NCBI GenBank assembly: GCA_016748015.1
Contig: JAAOMT010000436.1
Location: 424,703 to 488,702 of the forward strand
Reading direction: 5' to 3'
DNA length: 64,000 nt
DNA from: Geosiphon pyriformis uo1
Lineage: Eukaryota > Fungi > Glomeromycota
Shown here in pieces: positions 50,990 to 64,000 of the stretch; within the stretch, counting starts at the first letter, position 1; each line of letters begins with the position of its first letter. The notes beneath the pieces are model-generated. The model did no database searches. It had not been told where the DNA came from and saw only the letters and a list, made by a program, of their open reading frames with translations. The position numbers and the translations under genes are program-made.

Positions 50990-53900
50990 TGCATTTTTGA
51001 AAAGCATAAAAATATGATAATTTTTGAATTGGTTATTCTCAATAATTGTGAATATAAAATTTTATTTAAAAAATATGTCAAATTTTTGTTAATAAAAAAA
51101 ATTATATTTGTAAATTATTGAAATATATTTTTTATAATTAGGAATTTTTTTTAACTTTTGAAATTTGTTTTATAAATTTCAGTGCTTTATTGATTTTATA
51201 AAAATTAATAATTAGTTAAATAATTTTAAAAAAAACAATTATATTTTAATTATTATAAAATTATTCTTAATTTTTATTATTTACTTAACATTTATTATTA
51301 TTTTACATTATTTAATTATAATTGATTTTTATTTTATTAATAACGCAATTTGTAATAGTTTACAAATATAACTAAATATTTTAATTAAATTATGCAATAT
51401 CTTAAAATATATAATAATAATAAATTTGTTAAAATATAAATAATTTAACCAACTTTTACCAAAATATTTATTAATTTGTTAAAATTCATATTTATTTTAA
51501 AAAAATTATTAAAATTATTATTTATATTAATAGATTAAAACTCAAAAATATATTATTACTCAAAATATAAATTAATTAACTTTAAAAAAAAATTTATTAA
51601 TATACAAAAATTTTTATTAGACAATTTTTAGCATAAAACTATAATAAACAAAAACCAATTATTGTTATTAAAAATTGGAAAACTTAATTTTTTTAATTAT
51701 TGATAAATATTTTTATTAATAATATATATTTATTTATATATTAACAATAAAACAAAATCTAAAATTGTAAATAATTTAAAATTTATATATAAAATCTTAA
51801 ACAAAAAATTTGCATTTAAAAAATAAAAATTAATTCATTTTTTGTAATTACAACTAAAGCAAAAAAAAAATTTTGTATTGTTTTAAATAATTTTAATATT
51901 CAAAAATCTTTTTAAAAATAAAAACAGTTAAACATTATTTTTTTAAAGTATTTTTTTTTAAATATTTTAAATATAATTATTAATTAACCATTTTTTTAAC
52001 TTTAAATAAGAGTTTTTTTATTTAAGTTTTTTTAAATAATTAAAAAAACCAAATTTAAAGCAACATTTTTGAAATACTAAAAAGTGTTTTTTTGGTGCTT
52101 TTTAATTTAAAATCTGGTTTTTTTGATTTTTTATGTTTTTACCAGTTTTATTATAATTATGTTAATTATAATATTTAATTTAAATTTAATTATAAACAAT
52201 AATTTTTTTTATTTGAATAATAATTATAATAATATATTTATTAAAACTAATTTTAATTAACATATAACTAAATTGCTTAATATATTAAATTTTAATTAAT
52301 TATTACCAGTTTTAAAAACAAAACAAATTATGTTTTTATATATAATTTTAATTAATTATTTTATTATATTAAAAATTATTAATAAAAAAAACAAAATCAT
52401 TTTTTTTTTCTGTTTTTTAAAAATATTATTAATTTTAATAATAGTTAAAAGACTTTTATTAGTTAATCAACCTTTTTTTATAAAATTAAATTTTTAACAT
52501 ATAATAAATTAAAGTTTATATTATAATTAATTTTGTGAATTTTATAACTTTTATATTAAAATAATAATATTTTTTAATAATTTGTATTGTTTATATTGAA
52601 ATTTTGTAAACATATTTTTATTAAATTTGTTAATTTAATTATTTTTAAAAATTAATTTTTATTTTAATTTGTTGTTTAAAGTTTTTTAAAATTATTTTTG
52701 TAATTATCTAATATATATTTTTATTATTATATTTTAATAAAGTATAGTCTAATTATTAATTATAATATTAAATTTAATATGTATTTTTTATATATAATTA
52801 GTTATTTGATTTAATTAAAAATAAATTGCATTAATTATAAAAAGAAAATTTATTTTAAACAAATATTTTATGTATAAAAACAATTAAAATATAATTATTG
52901 TTAATTATTATATTTATCTATTTAATAATATTATTTGTATTATATTTGATTTTAAAGATTCAAAGTTTTTAAAAAACTATTATCTAAGTAAATATTATTT
53001 AAATTAGTGTATAAAAAAACAATAATACTATTAATTAAAATAAAATTAATAACATATTTAATAAAATTAATAACAAAAAAAATATTTTTAGAAATATTAT
53101 TAAAAAAAATATTATAAAACAAAAAAAAATAACAGTTAATAATTTTAAAATTTTACAAAAAAAACATAATAGCAATTACTAAATAAGTTAATTAAATACA
53201 AAATTAAAGACAAAATATTACTATATTATATTAAAACAAAAATACAATAAAATAGAAAATTAAATTCCAAATAAAATAAATTATTTTATATTTATTAAAT
53301 AATTAAAAATAAAACCTATAAATTATAATTAAAAAACAAAAAAAATTAAAACTATATTAAAAATTAACAAAATAAATAAACAATTATATTAAAAAAATAA
53401 TTAAAAGTAAAAAAAACTTTAAATAATTTAGTTATAATTATTTAACTTAAAGTTAAAAAACAATTTTTGTTAACTTATTATTATAATATTACTTAATATA
53501 ATAGTTAAATATTTATATTTTGTATTTAAATAAAAAAATTACAATTAATATTATTTTTTTTAATTTATATCTGTTTAAAAAACTTTAAATTATACAAAAA
53601 ATAATAATAAACTATTTTATTTGGAAAATTTTTAAGTAAACTAGCTTTAAATTTAAATTTATAGCTAAAATAAAATAAAAAAATTGTTTATTAAAAATTG
53701 TTTTTCTTAATATTATATTAGTAAAAACCTAATATTTAAATATATTTTAATTAATTTAGGTTTAAATAGATATTTATATATTTGTAAGATTTTTTTACAA
53801 TAAAAATTAATAGATTATTAATATATAAAAAACATACTTTATTTTTTAATTAATAATATTATTTATAAAGTAATTTAAAAATAAATAATAATTAAATATA

Positions 53901-56476
53901 TAATACCAAAAATTTTAAAAATGTTAAAAATTCCAAAATATTAAGAATTTTAACAATAACTTAAAATTTACTAAAAATTTTAAAAATTTTATATTATAAC
54001 GATTTTTTTTTCTTATCTATTTTTAAAATTGCAAAATTTTTTGTAATAGTTTTTAGTTTTGCTTTTTTATCTTTATTGTATTTTGTAATATTTTTTTGAT
54101 ATTTTTTTTAATATTATTAAAAATGTTTTTAGTATTTTAGTATTATTATTTCTGTTAAATTAAAGTTTGCTAATTTGTAACAGTATATTATTATTATAAT
54201 TTAAAAATTTAGCAAAAAATTATAAAATAATATAAATTATTCAATTATAATATAGCATAATAATAATCTTAAAAAAAAAATAATTAATATAGTAATAAGT
54301 ATTATCTTATAATAGCAATAAGTATTAGCTTATAATAATAGCAAATACCAACTAATAATAATGGCAAACACCAGATTGAAATATTAAAAAAAGAGTATTA
54401 CAATGTATTTTTTTGTAAAATTACAAACATGTATATATATAGTAGCTTTAATATTAAGAAAAACAACAATCTATTTAACAATTTATTTAACAGTTTTTAC
54501 TTTAATTATCTTTTAGTCTTTATTTTAAAATAAATATTCAAAAAAATTTTTAATCAAAAAAAAATAAAAAAATATTGAAAACTAAATTATTACAACTTAA
54601 AATGTTAAGAAACTTATTGTGTTATTTATTAAATAAAACCATTATTTATTAGCTAAATCTTTTGGAAAAATAATTTCTGATCAAAATTATTTATGTTGTT
54701 ACTAATTAATAAAAAAATTTATTGTAAAAATTAAAAAAAACACTAAAAATTATTAATATTTATGTTTTTAAATTAAAAAAACACAAAAATAGTCTTAAAA
54801 AAAACTCTACCATTGTGAGTAAATTTTTGAATTAGCTTTTAAGAAAAAATATATAAATATATACACAATAATCAAAAATCAAAAAATAATTTATATTGTA
54901 ACATTAAAAAAAAGTTTTTAATATAACAATAATATTATTATACAAATAAAATTAAAGAATCTACAAAAAACTAATTGTAATTAAAACAGAATATTAACAT
55001 TTAATATATTAAGAAAAATATTTTATAATAATAATAATATTTTTAAAAATTTTTTTTATTGCTATTGTTTTTAACAACTAGTTTTTATTGATTAAAAAGA
55101 ATAATATTTAGATTTTTTTTTAACCAAAAAAAGATTATTATTTTTTATAATATTTTTAAGACCAAATTAATCAATTTTTTCTGTTTTTAAAATTAATAAT
55201 GTAATTTTTTAAGTTGATAATCATATTTGTTTCATTTTTTATTTTTTTAATTCTTATTATTATTAATATTTTATTATTATAATATTTGGTTTTTATAGGT
55301 TTTTGGATCTTGTTATTATTAAAACTAATATTTTACACAAATATTATATCTAATAAAAACTTCTGAATATTACTATTGCTATTAGTATTAAAATTTAGAT
55401 TATTTGTCTATTGACTATAAAATATTATTATCCTTTTTTTTAAGTTATTTATTAAGTATATTATTGGTTTTAAATATTTTATGTCTTTTTTTATTAATAA
55501 AAAGTCTTATATTAAAGCTTTTACTTTTTGGCTCTTTTTTTTGTTGCTTTATTGGTTATTTCTATTACTAAATTTGTAGATTGAATTTCTTAAAACTTTA
55601 AGTTTTAAATTTGGCTGTTTTGATTAAATCTATTATTAAGCTTATTAGCTTCTTAATTGTTTTGATTATTATTTTTCTAAATAATAATGTTAGCAAAAAA
55701 TTTTGTATGAAAAAAGACTTGTTTTTTATAAAATATACTATTAATAATTTTTTTAATTTTTTGGTTAGTGTTTTTAAGAATATTGTTTATCTTAGATTTA
55801 AGATTGATTTTGGTAAAATAAACTATAATAAGATATTAACTATTAAGTTTTTTTTAAGTAAAAATATTATTAAATATATAATTATTTTATAATATATATT
55901 AAGTTCTAATATTAAAAATAGTATTAAGATAATTAAATTATTTTTTAGTAAATTTATTTTTAATTTTAAAAATTTAAATAGCATTATTAAAAAAATTAAT
56001 AAACTGGATTTTAACTTTTTTTGTTTTAATGTAGTATTGTTTTAACTGATTTAAATAGCTAGTTATATATAAAAAATACATAATATATATATAATTTTGA
56101 TTATTTAATTTAATATATTGTATTAAATTGTATTTAAATCTTGTTTATTAAATATTATTACAGAATAATTTTTTTGTATATTAAATATTAATATCTTATT
56201 TTAATTGCAATTAGTTTATTGTAAATTTTTTAATTTTATTTGTATAATAATATTAATATTATACTAAAAACTTTCTTTTTAATGTTGTAATATAAGTTAT
56301 TTTTTAATTCTAATTGTTATATATATTTATATACTTTTTTTTAGAAGCTAAACTGAAATTTATTTGCTGTTTAAAGATTTTAAGACTATTTTTGTAATTA
56401 TTTAATGTGTTTCTCTAATTTAAAAAGATAAATATTAATAATTTTTTAATGTTTTTTCTAATTTTTACAATAAAAC
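50990..56476. other. ~5.5-kb AT desert of hypermutated transposon remains
   Basis: Nearly devoid of G/C with no credible ORF; contains an alignable LTR relic at 54192-55030. Confidence 0.75.
54192..55030. mobile_element. Heavily AT-eroded relic of the same LTR family as 62996-63695
   Basis: Colinear by eye at both ends. Left: tattataatttaaaaatttagcaaaaaattataaaataatataaattattcaattataatatagc vs tattatggtttaagaatttagcaaaaagaatcataaaataatacaaactattcaatcataatatagc. Right: aagaaaaatattttataata vs aagaaaatcatcccgtaaca. Confidence 0.88.
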
Positions 56477-56620
56477 TTTTTTTTTTTTTTTTTATTAACG
56501 CATTTAACGAGTGTAGCCCAATCACTATCTAGTACATAGAACCAAACTAAGAGGCTCAAACTAAATGCGACTCACGTACTTTCTACATGTGGCTAGCCAC
56601 TCAGGCCAGACAAGGCAACA

Positions 56621-59600
56621 CTACACATCTATAACTACCCGTACACTGCCACCCAGACCAGAAAAGAAACAAAAAGACTTCCGACAACCAAAGCTAACAG
56701 CAAAAGAATTGGCCAAACCAAGCAATCTCACAATACCATCAGACAAAACCGAAGACACACCACAAGGGAGCCCAGAAACAACACCAACATCACAGACCAG
56801 ACCAGCCTTCTCCATCACCACCTGGTGGCTGGCTCTAGCCAACCATACCTTAGCACGATGTAAACCAACAACGAACCTGACATAATCAACAATCCTAGCA
56901 GTGGCCATCTTTCTATCCTCAAAAACATCGCAAGCCTCCTCATACTACTCCTCCAGCACAAACCCTTTGCACACCAAAGTGTACAGCCCAACATCAATGG
57001 AACATTGAGACAAAATCCACAACACAGCAGAAGCAGAGAAACCACCAGCCAAAGTTGACCAACGAGCAGAAGCCTCCGCCAAAATCTCACCACGAATGCC
57101 AGACTCATGAACACAAGTAAAAACATGGTCAGAGAACTCCACCTCACCACAAAACAAACACAACACACTAGGGTAGCATTTATCATACAACCTCTTCCTA
57201 ATGGCCACCAGCAACCTCCTATGCACAGCCTTCATAACATAAGTGCGAAATGATGAGAATGCGCGGCTAGTGAACCCAGCAAGCATATGAAAATCAAGAT
57301 GTCACACCTTCACTGTGACAACCCAGTCTATGCAACCAATCATCGCATCTGGTACTACATCACAACCAGGCCCAGCTTCCCAACGAGCACAACGAATTGA
57401 TCAAAAGATATTTCTGACAAAATGACAGGCATTACCAGAAACAGCGACACTCTCAGCAACCAAAAAATGTTCACGCACATCGGCACAAAGGGAAAAGGGA
57501 GACCCAGAGGCAGCCCCAGCAGCCAAGTCAGCTCTCACATTACCAGGAATTCCAGAGTGTCCTTTCACCTTAACCCAATTCACACTAAGATCCTTATCTC
57601 TGACCAAATTGAAAATATGACGCCTTTTCAGCCAGCATTGATTATGGAAATCAGGAGCAACCAAAGACATCTCAGACACACATGCGTCAATGGCAGCCTG
57701 GCTGTCAAGATGCAACACCACAGTACTTGAAGAAGGAATACACTCCAAAACCAAAGTGACAGCCTATAACTCAGCCATAGTAGATGACAAAAGACCACGA
57801 ACAGCGACACCAATACTCATATCCAAGACCGGAAAGTACGCAGCAGTACCACAGGTGACCTCAGCAGAGCCTGCATTTCTCAAAGACCCATCCGTGAAAA
57901 CTTCAAAAGAGTCTGACCAAATGTCATGCAATCCATCTTTAACCGCAGAAAATTCCCCAGACCCCAAAATGTCCAAACCAAGCTTCTTAGCTGAGCCAAC
58001 AGAACCAGAAAATGAGTAACCCTGACCTTTCAAAAACTCAGAAGAAACCATGAACCAATGAGGCACAGGACCACGCGGATCCAACCTCTTCCAACGACGA
58101 AAAGTTTTCCAATCCAACAAAACACCTTTCTTATCAAAAAGCCAATCACCAAAAACAACACCAAAACATTTAAGAGATTTGACCGAATCAAAATACAGAG
58201 ACTTTTCAAGAACAGAGGACAACGGGAACCAACCAGGACTACGAAATGCAGTGGGGAGGTTGTTTACCAAAGTAAGCTCATTGCCCAGAAAGATCTTCAC
58301 CATCCCTGCCAAAAAATTGTTCACTGGACTAACATGCAACCTGACCGGAAACTGCAAAGGATCCAAAGGAGCCCAACCAAGAACCTGTAGGTCCAAAAAC
58401 CTATGTCTAAACAAATGCCCAAGAATGCCAAAAGCATTAGAGAATGCCATCAAAGCAGCAACCTTCCCTTCAGACTGCACCTGCTCAAAAGGCTTTAGGC
58501 CATACAATGAGAGATGATGCAAAGCAGCATCAGGAAAATCACGGAGGAGACAAGCCTTGGACCTAAGACCCTTTCTAACCAAGACATCCCACTTGCGACA
58601 AACATTAGATGAGACAAAATTGAACTGAGTACGATAGCTAACAATAGGCTGCAAAACAGCTGACACCAGATACGAGAATTGTTTGTCTGTAATAGCCTTC
58701 TTAAGCACAACATTGACGAAGAAACGTACATCTGCATGAGCCTTGGCAACACTCGGCTTGGAGAGCCCCTCAGTTGACAGAAAAATACCCAGATACTGAT
58801 GTGCTTCCCCTTTCTTGGCAACAGAGATTGGCTGACCACAAATGTTCAGTGAAGCAACTTTAACGCCCTGATTGATGAGAATAGCCACCGTCTTCTCACT
58901 ATTGATAGAAATGTAATTGATCACAAAAAATTCACTGGCAATGTTCAGAGCATATTGAGTAGAAGCCTGACAATTTCCAACCCAGATCGTATCATCGACA
59001 AATGCACCAGCCGAAAAATACGATGTCAAATCACTACTGCCCTCAATTCTGCCAGATTTCGAAACAAACTTAGTATCAATCTGGTACCCACACAATTGTT
59101 CGTGCCTTTTAACCTCACACAAAAGCAGATCATAAAAAATTCTCCAAAGAAGTGGCAAAAAGACCTCACCCTGGTCCAGCCCATCATGCACCTTATAACC
59201 ACCAGACAGACCAAAGTCAGTCATTACTCTATTAACTCTATCCTCATGAATACCACCAAAAAACCTTATGAACCTCTCACACATCTTGACACGCCGCAAA
59301 CTAGCTCTTAAATAATGCCACCCAACTGAATCGTAAGCTTTCCGCATATCTTGCAAGACCAACCATAACTCCCTATCCTTCTCAATGGCATCCTCAATTA
59401 CCGAACCGACAGCAAACACCAGAGATTGTGTTGACGTACCCTTCAGCACCGAAAAGTTGTCACCCTGAAGAACATTGAACTTGCTACAAGCCATTGAAAT
59501 ANNNNNNNNNNNNNNNNNNNNNNNNNNNNNNNNNNNNNNNNNNNNNNNNNNNNNNNNNNNNATCCACACTGGACTTCACCTCTTCAGGCAACAAAACCAG

Positions 59601-60950
59601 ATCATCATCAACTATCAAGTGATCCAACACAACCTTGTGAAAAGGCTTTTCCAACACACTCCTGATCATACTACCCTTATCCAAACAAAAATTATCCATG
59701 CGCTTCTCAATCGCCTTCCTAACCGAAGCTTCCTCAGCCAACTTTGACTCAAACATCTTCGACCTCCTGTAATCTCTATGAACCAATGACAAATGCCTAA
59801 CAACAACATCAGATTTAACACCTGAGCCAACCAAATCCTTGAAAGCATGAGCCTTCGCATCATCCAGAGTTGACCATTTACTCACAAGACGATCAGTGCT
59901 CAGCAAGTCACCAGAGCAAAATTTTTTGACAATCTTGGCCACCAACAATTCCAGACCAAAAAACCTAGAAGAATGTTTGTTTCTCGAACACTTGAATTCA
60001 CTAAACCAATGCCTCAAAAATGTCACATCAGCAGAATCCACCACAGCTCCCACCAGAACTGCCCATATAGCATCCATATTACCACATATTTCGGCACCAG
60101 AGAACACCTCACCCAAAGACAAAAGTTTAGCTGACGAAAGATCCTTAAACTTAACCCATCCAACACAGTCAGCATTTCTGATTTTGAACTTCCAACAATC
60201 CTTATTCGCCTGCTTGTGCAAACTGTTCAATTGTACATCTAGAAGCCCACCCAAACCGACTGAAACCACAACTGTCTTGTGATCGGTGTCAAAGAAATCC
60301 GAAACAGAGACAACTTGATGACCAGCAATAGCAAAAGACAAATTACCACCAACAAAAATGTAATCAATCGTTTTCCCAACCCCTCTTGAATTGCTCCACA
60401 TATAAAAATTAGCCAAATGATGACCAACAAATGAATTGACCAAACCCAAACTCAAACAAAACTTGAAACTAGCACTTCTACCAGATCCATTCTCATTAAG
60501 GTCCCCACCCAAGACAACAAAATTGTTGGAATTGACCGCCTTTACAATGAGGGTGTTAATCTCAGAAGCCTGACCAAATCTAGCTCCAGAGGAGGCACCA
60601 GCATACAACCCCAAAACAGTAACCAAGAGCTTGCTCTTAAACAGGAGCCGAACAGAAACAACCCGACCAGGAATCTCCTCCACCTTAGATACATGACGGG
60701 CCAAAGAAGTGTTCATAACAATTGCAATCCCAGCACCCATGAAACCCTTATCCAAGCCAGAAGAAAATACTTGCACTCCATCAAACTTATCCTTTATCCA
60801 CGGCCCAGAAGAGGACCTCAACTTAGTCTCAGTGATAAAAGAAACCATATTTCCTGAGTTCACATGCCAACGAACAACATCTGCTTGTTTCACAGGAACA
60901 TTGATACCCCGAACATTGCACATAGTAAATTTCCAAACCAAACTACTCAT
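56621..60950 (-). pseudogene. LINE ORF2 polyprotein with 4 premature in-frame stops
   Basis: APE (CNVRG, TETK, GGDLN, IDYIF, TDH), RT (QDMRKAYDSV, QGE, AFVDDT, YLG), RNase H (FTDGS, AEL, DSQ, VKGHSG..GNVRAD) and zinc motif CLFCGEVEFSDHVFTC. Stops at 57764, 57401, 57302 and 56945. N-gap at 59502-59560. Confidence 0.93.
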
Positions 60951-63900
60951 TGAGATGGAGGAAAAGCCAACGAACCCGATCCAGAACGCAGATGATCCAA
61001 TCTATCCAAGACTGAGCGAACTGAAGCCTCAAGAGCCATCATATTCGATTCCAAACTGCCAATCTTGGCAGTCAAAACCTTAGAACTGCTCAGACTGAAA
61101 TCAACAACCGACCCACCAACATTGGGAGAAGAAGAGACAGACGACAACAACATGCCATCCAACTCCAAACCTGGGTTCATATCTGAAACAACGGCAGTTG
61201 GAGACACCAAAGGAAGAGCTGAGGGAGAAGACGCCAATGGCACCAAGTCAACGAAACTTAACTTCTTTAAAATAAGTGAGACTTGGTCTGAGAGAATTTC
61301 TATGGAGCATTCCAGCACAGCTAGACGACCACCTAGATCAGTGGTACCAGATGAGGAGGAATCCATTGAGAAAGCCATCGAACCAGAGACCAAACTGACA
61401 CCAGGAGCACCTGAAGAGACAATGCGAGAGAGGGAACTGCCTGCCACTTGGGCCCACGTCTTCCCACCAAAAGAAACTGGATGAGCAACAGGAGCCGACT
61501 TCTTCTTATATATCCCAGCTAGACGAACCCAATCTTGCTCAGAAACCACCCTTCTTCTTCGAACACCAGAATACACACCCAAGGAACAATTGACCAAAAC
61601 ATGACCAAATTGTTTACAATGAGCACAACTGGCCAAAGAAAGACCAGCCCAACGCAAACTCACATTCCTGAAAACTGGAATGGTACCAATAGCAGCCAAT
61701 TTAGATGCCTCATCACCAAAACAAATTACAGCACATCTATCACAAACATATAAACTAGGGTTATGGCCGATATAACAAGTCTTCCCACCATATGATTCCA
61801 ACAAATTGGAGAGGTCATGAGCATTAGTGCCAACTGGAAGAGTATAAAGTAAAGCCCGATNNNNNNNNNNNNNNNNNNNNGAGACCAAACTGACACCAGG
61901 AGCACCTGAAGAGACAATGCGAGAGAGGGAACTGCCTGCCACTTGGGCCCACGTCTTCCCACCAAAAGAAACTGGATGAGCAACAGGAGCCGACTTCTTC
62001 TTATATATCCCAGCTAGACGAACCCAATCTTGCTCAGAAACCACCCTTCTTCTTCGAACACCAGAATACACACCCAAGGAACAATTGACCAAAACATGAC
62101 CAAATTGTTTACAATGAGCACAACTGGCCAAAGAAAGACCAGCCCAACGCAAACTCACATTCCTGAAAACTGGAATGGTACCAATAGCAGCCAATTTAGA
62201 TGCCTCATCACCAAAACAAATTACAGCACATCTATCACAAACATATAAACTAGGGTTATGGCCGATATAACAAGTCTTCCCACCATATGATTCCAACAAA
62301 TTGGAGAGGTCATGAGCATTAGTGCCAACTGGAAGAGTATAAAGTAAAGCCCGATGCTGATTCTTCGATACCCACGTTTGTTTATCAATATTTGCTTTTG
62401 CCACTCGGACCAAATCCTTTCCCATGAGCACAGACCATCTAGCTGCGACCAAATCAGCCATCTCAGATAATTCATATTCTACCAAGGCTTTTTGCCAAAG
62501 ACCAATAAGCTGCACTTTGATTGAAACAATCTTGCCAAACCTAGAGAACACCGCTTCAATTGCTGATTTGGGAAGATCTATTGGAATTTCTTTGACGATC
62601 ACCTCCCGATCTGAATGGCTGTTTACTTTTCTTAGATCATCATTTACCAATATTTTTTCACAGATCGCCAACTCTCTGGCCTTAACCAAACTAGACTCAC
62701 TTGTGAAAGTTGACCTAATGACTCCAGGAAATTTTGAGGGAGTTGAAGCACCCCCAAAACCGTCAATTTTATAAAAAATCTTTTTGACTTTAAACAACTT
62801 ATCATTATTTGACTTTCCAGACACAGCTGACAACTCCACATCTAAAGCGAAAGATTTTACTGGCTCGAAACAATGACACTCTAAACCACATGACTTGGGT
62901 GGCGGCAACTGATTGGACCCAACAAATGTGTGAGGAGAGAGTTCCAAAACACTATTGTTGTCGTTTTCCAGGTTGAAAGAAGGTTGTTTCGGCGGTATTA
63001 TGGTTTAAGAATTTAGCAAAAAGAATCATAAAAATAATACAAACTATTCAATCATAATATAGCACAGTAATAATCTTAGAAAGGTAATGATTAACATAGT
63101 AGCAAACACCATCTCGCGATAGTGGCAAGCACCAGTTCACAATAGCAGCCAACACCCACTGGTGATAGCANNNNNNNNNNNNNNNNNNNNAAGAAACCTT
63201 TAAAATCAAAAAGAAATGAAAAAGAATATTTAAAACAGAACTATCACAACCCAAAGTATTAAGAAACTTACTTGTATTATTTATTGAATGAAACTATCAT
63301 TCATCAACTGAATCCCTTGGAAGAATAATCCTTGATCAAGATTATTCACATTGTTACTAATTGATAAAAGCTTTATTGTGAGAATTAGAAAAGCGCTAAA
63401 GACCATTAACATTCTGTGTTTCTAGATTAGAGAAACACATCAGACAATTGCAAGAATAGCCTCAGAGAAGACCCCAGACAGTGGGTAGATTTCAGTTCAG
63501 CCTCTGAGAAGAAGTACATAAACACACACAACAATCAAGAATTAAAGAATAACTTACATCGCAACAGTAAAAAGAAAGCCTTCAGTGTAACAGTGACACT
63601 ATCACACAAATAGAATTGAGGAACTCACAAAAGACTGATTGCAATTAAAGCGGGATATCAGCAATTAAATATAACAAGAAAATCATCCCGTAACAGCGGC
63701 TTGCCTAAGACATATGTCCTCGTCCTCGTCTTCCTCGGAGTAACGTCATCCATCAAGTCGTTGTTTCCAGAGGCATTGGAATCGATGTAACTAGTTTCTT
63801 CAGCAACCAAGTTTTCCATATTCTCCAAGTCGGACACCTCGCTGATGTTGTTACTTTCGTTCTCCACTTCACTACCCCAAGACGCCTTACATTCACCGCC

Positions 63901-64000
63901 ATCAGCCAGCAACAGGTCTGTATACAAAAGTCCAGCTGGAGAATCTACCACAGTACCAGACATGACAGGTTTCCTCACTTTCTTGAAAGAGGCACCACGA
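60947..64000 (-). pseudogene. LINE ORF1 (RRM-like + CCHC knuckle + coiled coil), split by an LTR insertion
   Basis: VIVKEIPIDL..VFSRFGKIVSI..ALVEY is RRM-like; knuckle CAHCKQFGHVLVNC. Removing 62996-63699 restores ...YVLGKPPKQPSFNLEND.... Confidence 0.9.
62996..63695. mobile_element. LTR (solo LTR or gap-collapsed LTR retrotransposon) inserted in LINE ORF1
   Basis: Ends TATTATGG...CCGTAACA, i.e. the inverted termini TGTTACGG/CCGTAACA with two transitions. 4-bp TSD GCGG at 62992-62995 and 63696-63699; 20-N gap at 63171-63190. Confidence 0.9.

Larger units (their letters stand above)
56477..64000 (-). mobile_element. Non-LTR retrotransposon (LINE): ORF1 + ORF2 (APE-RT-RNaseH-zinc finger) + structured 3'UTR + poly(A); 5' end lies outside the window
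   Basis: Poly(A) tail seen as a T-run at 56477-56493, overlapping AATAAA; 3'UTR 56494-56620; ORF2 60950-56621; ORF1 from >64000 to 60947, interrupted by an LTR insertion. Confidence 0.95.

Noticed and set aside
54187-55035. Target-site duplication around the LTR relic
   Set aside because: Flanks (ttat / ataa) do not match even allowing transitions, so solo-LTR status cannot be claimed.
55611-55892. 93-aa ORF in the AT desert (also 1664-1951 and 6789-7267)
   Set aside because: I/K/F/N/L-dominated composition expected by chance from AT-rich DNA; no motifs.
61386-62355. Apparent 475-bp perfect tandem duplication in LINE ORF1 (two zinc knuckles in the 666-aa ORF)
   Set aside because: The two identical copies (61386-61860 and 61881-62355) abut a 20-N gap. 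This is typical of unmerged contig overlap, so it is most likely an assembly artefact.
56565-62841. Numerous plus-strand and alternative-frame ORFs over the LINE
   Set aside because: Shadow ORFs of the minus-strand ORF1/ORF2; no independent domain signal.

Overview
Eukaryotic, intron-rich fungal genomic DNA. It is most consistent with Glomeromycotina (arbuscular-mycorrhizal lineage). The LINE proteins resemble those I recall from Geosiphon-type genomes, which is an inference and not a database result. A gene-dense core (~4.8-49.8 kb) holds about 18 genes: a TKL-type kinase, a Ppn2-like metallophosphoesterase, a PPR protein, a TMEM94-like protein, a C2H2+PHD protein, Bmt2, a DnaJ protein, Vps45, dynactin p25 with an in-frame downstream His-rich membrane ORF, uS15m, a catalytically dead RNase III, an Nrc-2/Fpk1 kinase, a truncated Cdt1-like protein, a She3-like protein, Atg3, a Sel1 protein and a beta-TrCP-like F-box protein. 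The core is flanked by transposon territory: a decayed LINE ORF1 (1-1.7 kb), extreme AT deserts (1.8-4.8 kb and 51-56.5 kb), and a near-complete APE-RT-RNaseH LINE (56.5 kb to the window end) interrupted by an LTR with a 4-bp target-site duplication (TSD). Three observations stand out. (1) A ~95-bp GC island at 17.3 kb is a stand-alone copy of exactly the LINE 3'UTR, and every substitution between the copies is compatible with one three-way-junction RNA fold. (2) An in-window time series shows context-independent C>T/G>A erosion of repeats, and the AT desert contains an alignable relic of the same LTR. This looks like RIP-like genome defence outside Dikarya. (3) A 178-codon in-frame ORF sits behind the single UGA of dynactin p25, pointing to readthrough or a dicistronic unit. 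Exon boundaries were read by eye.
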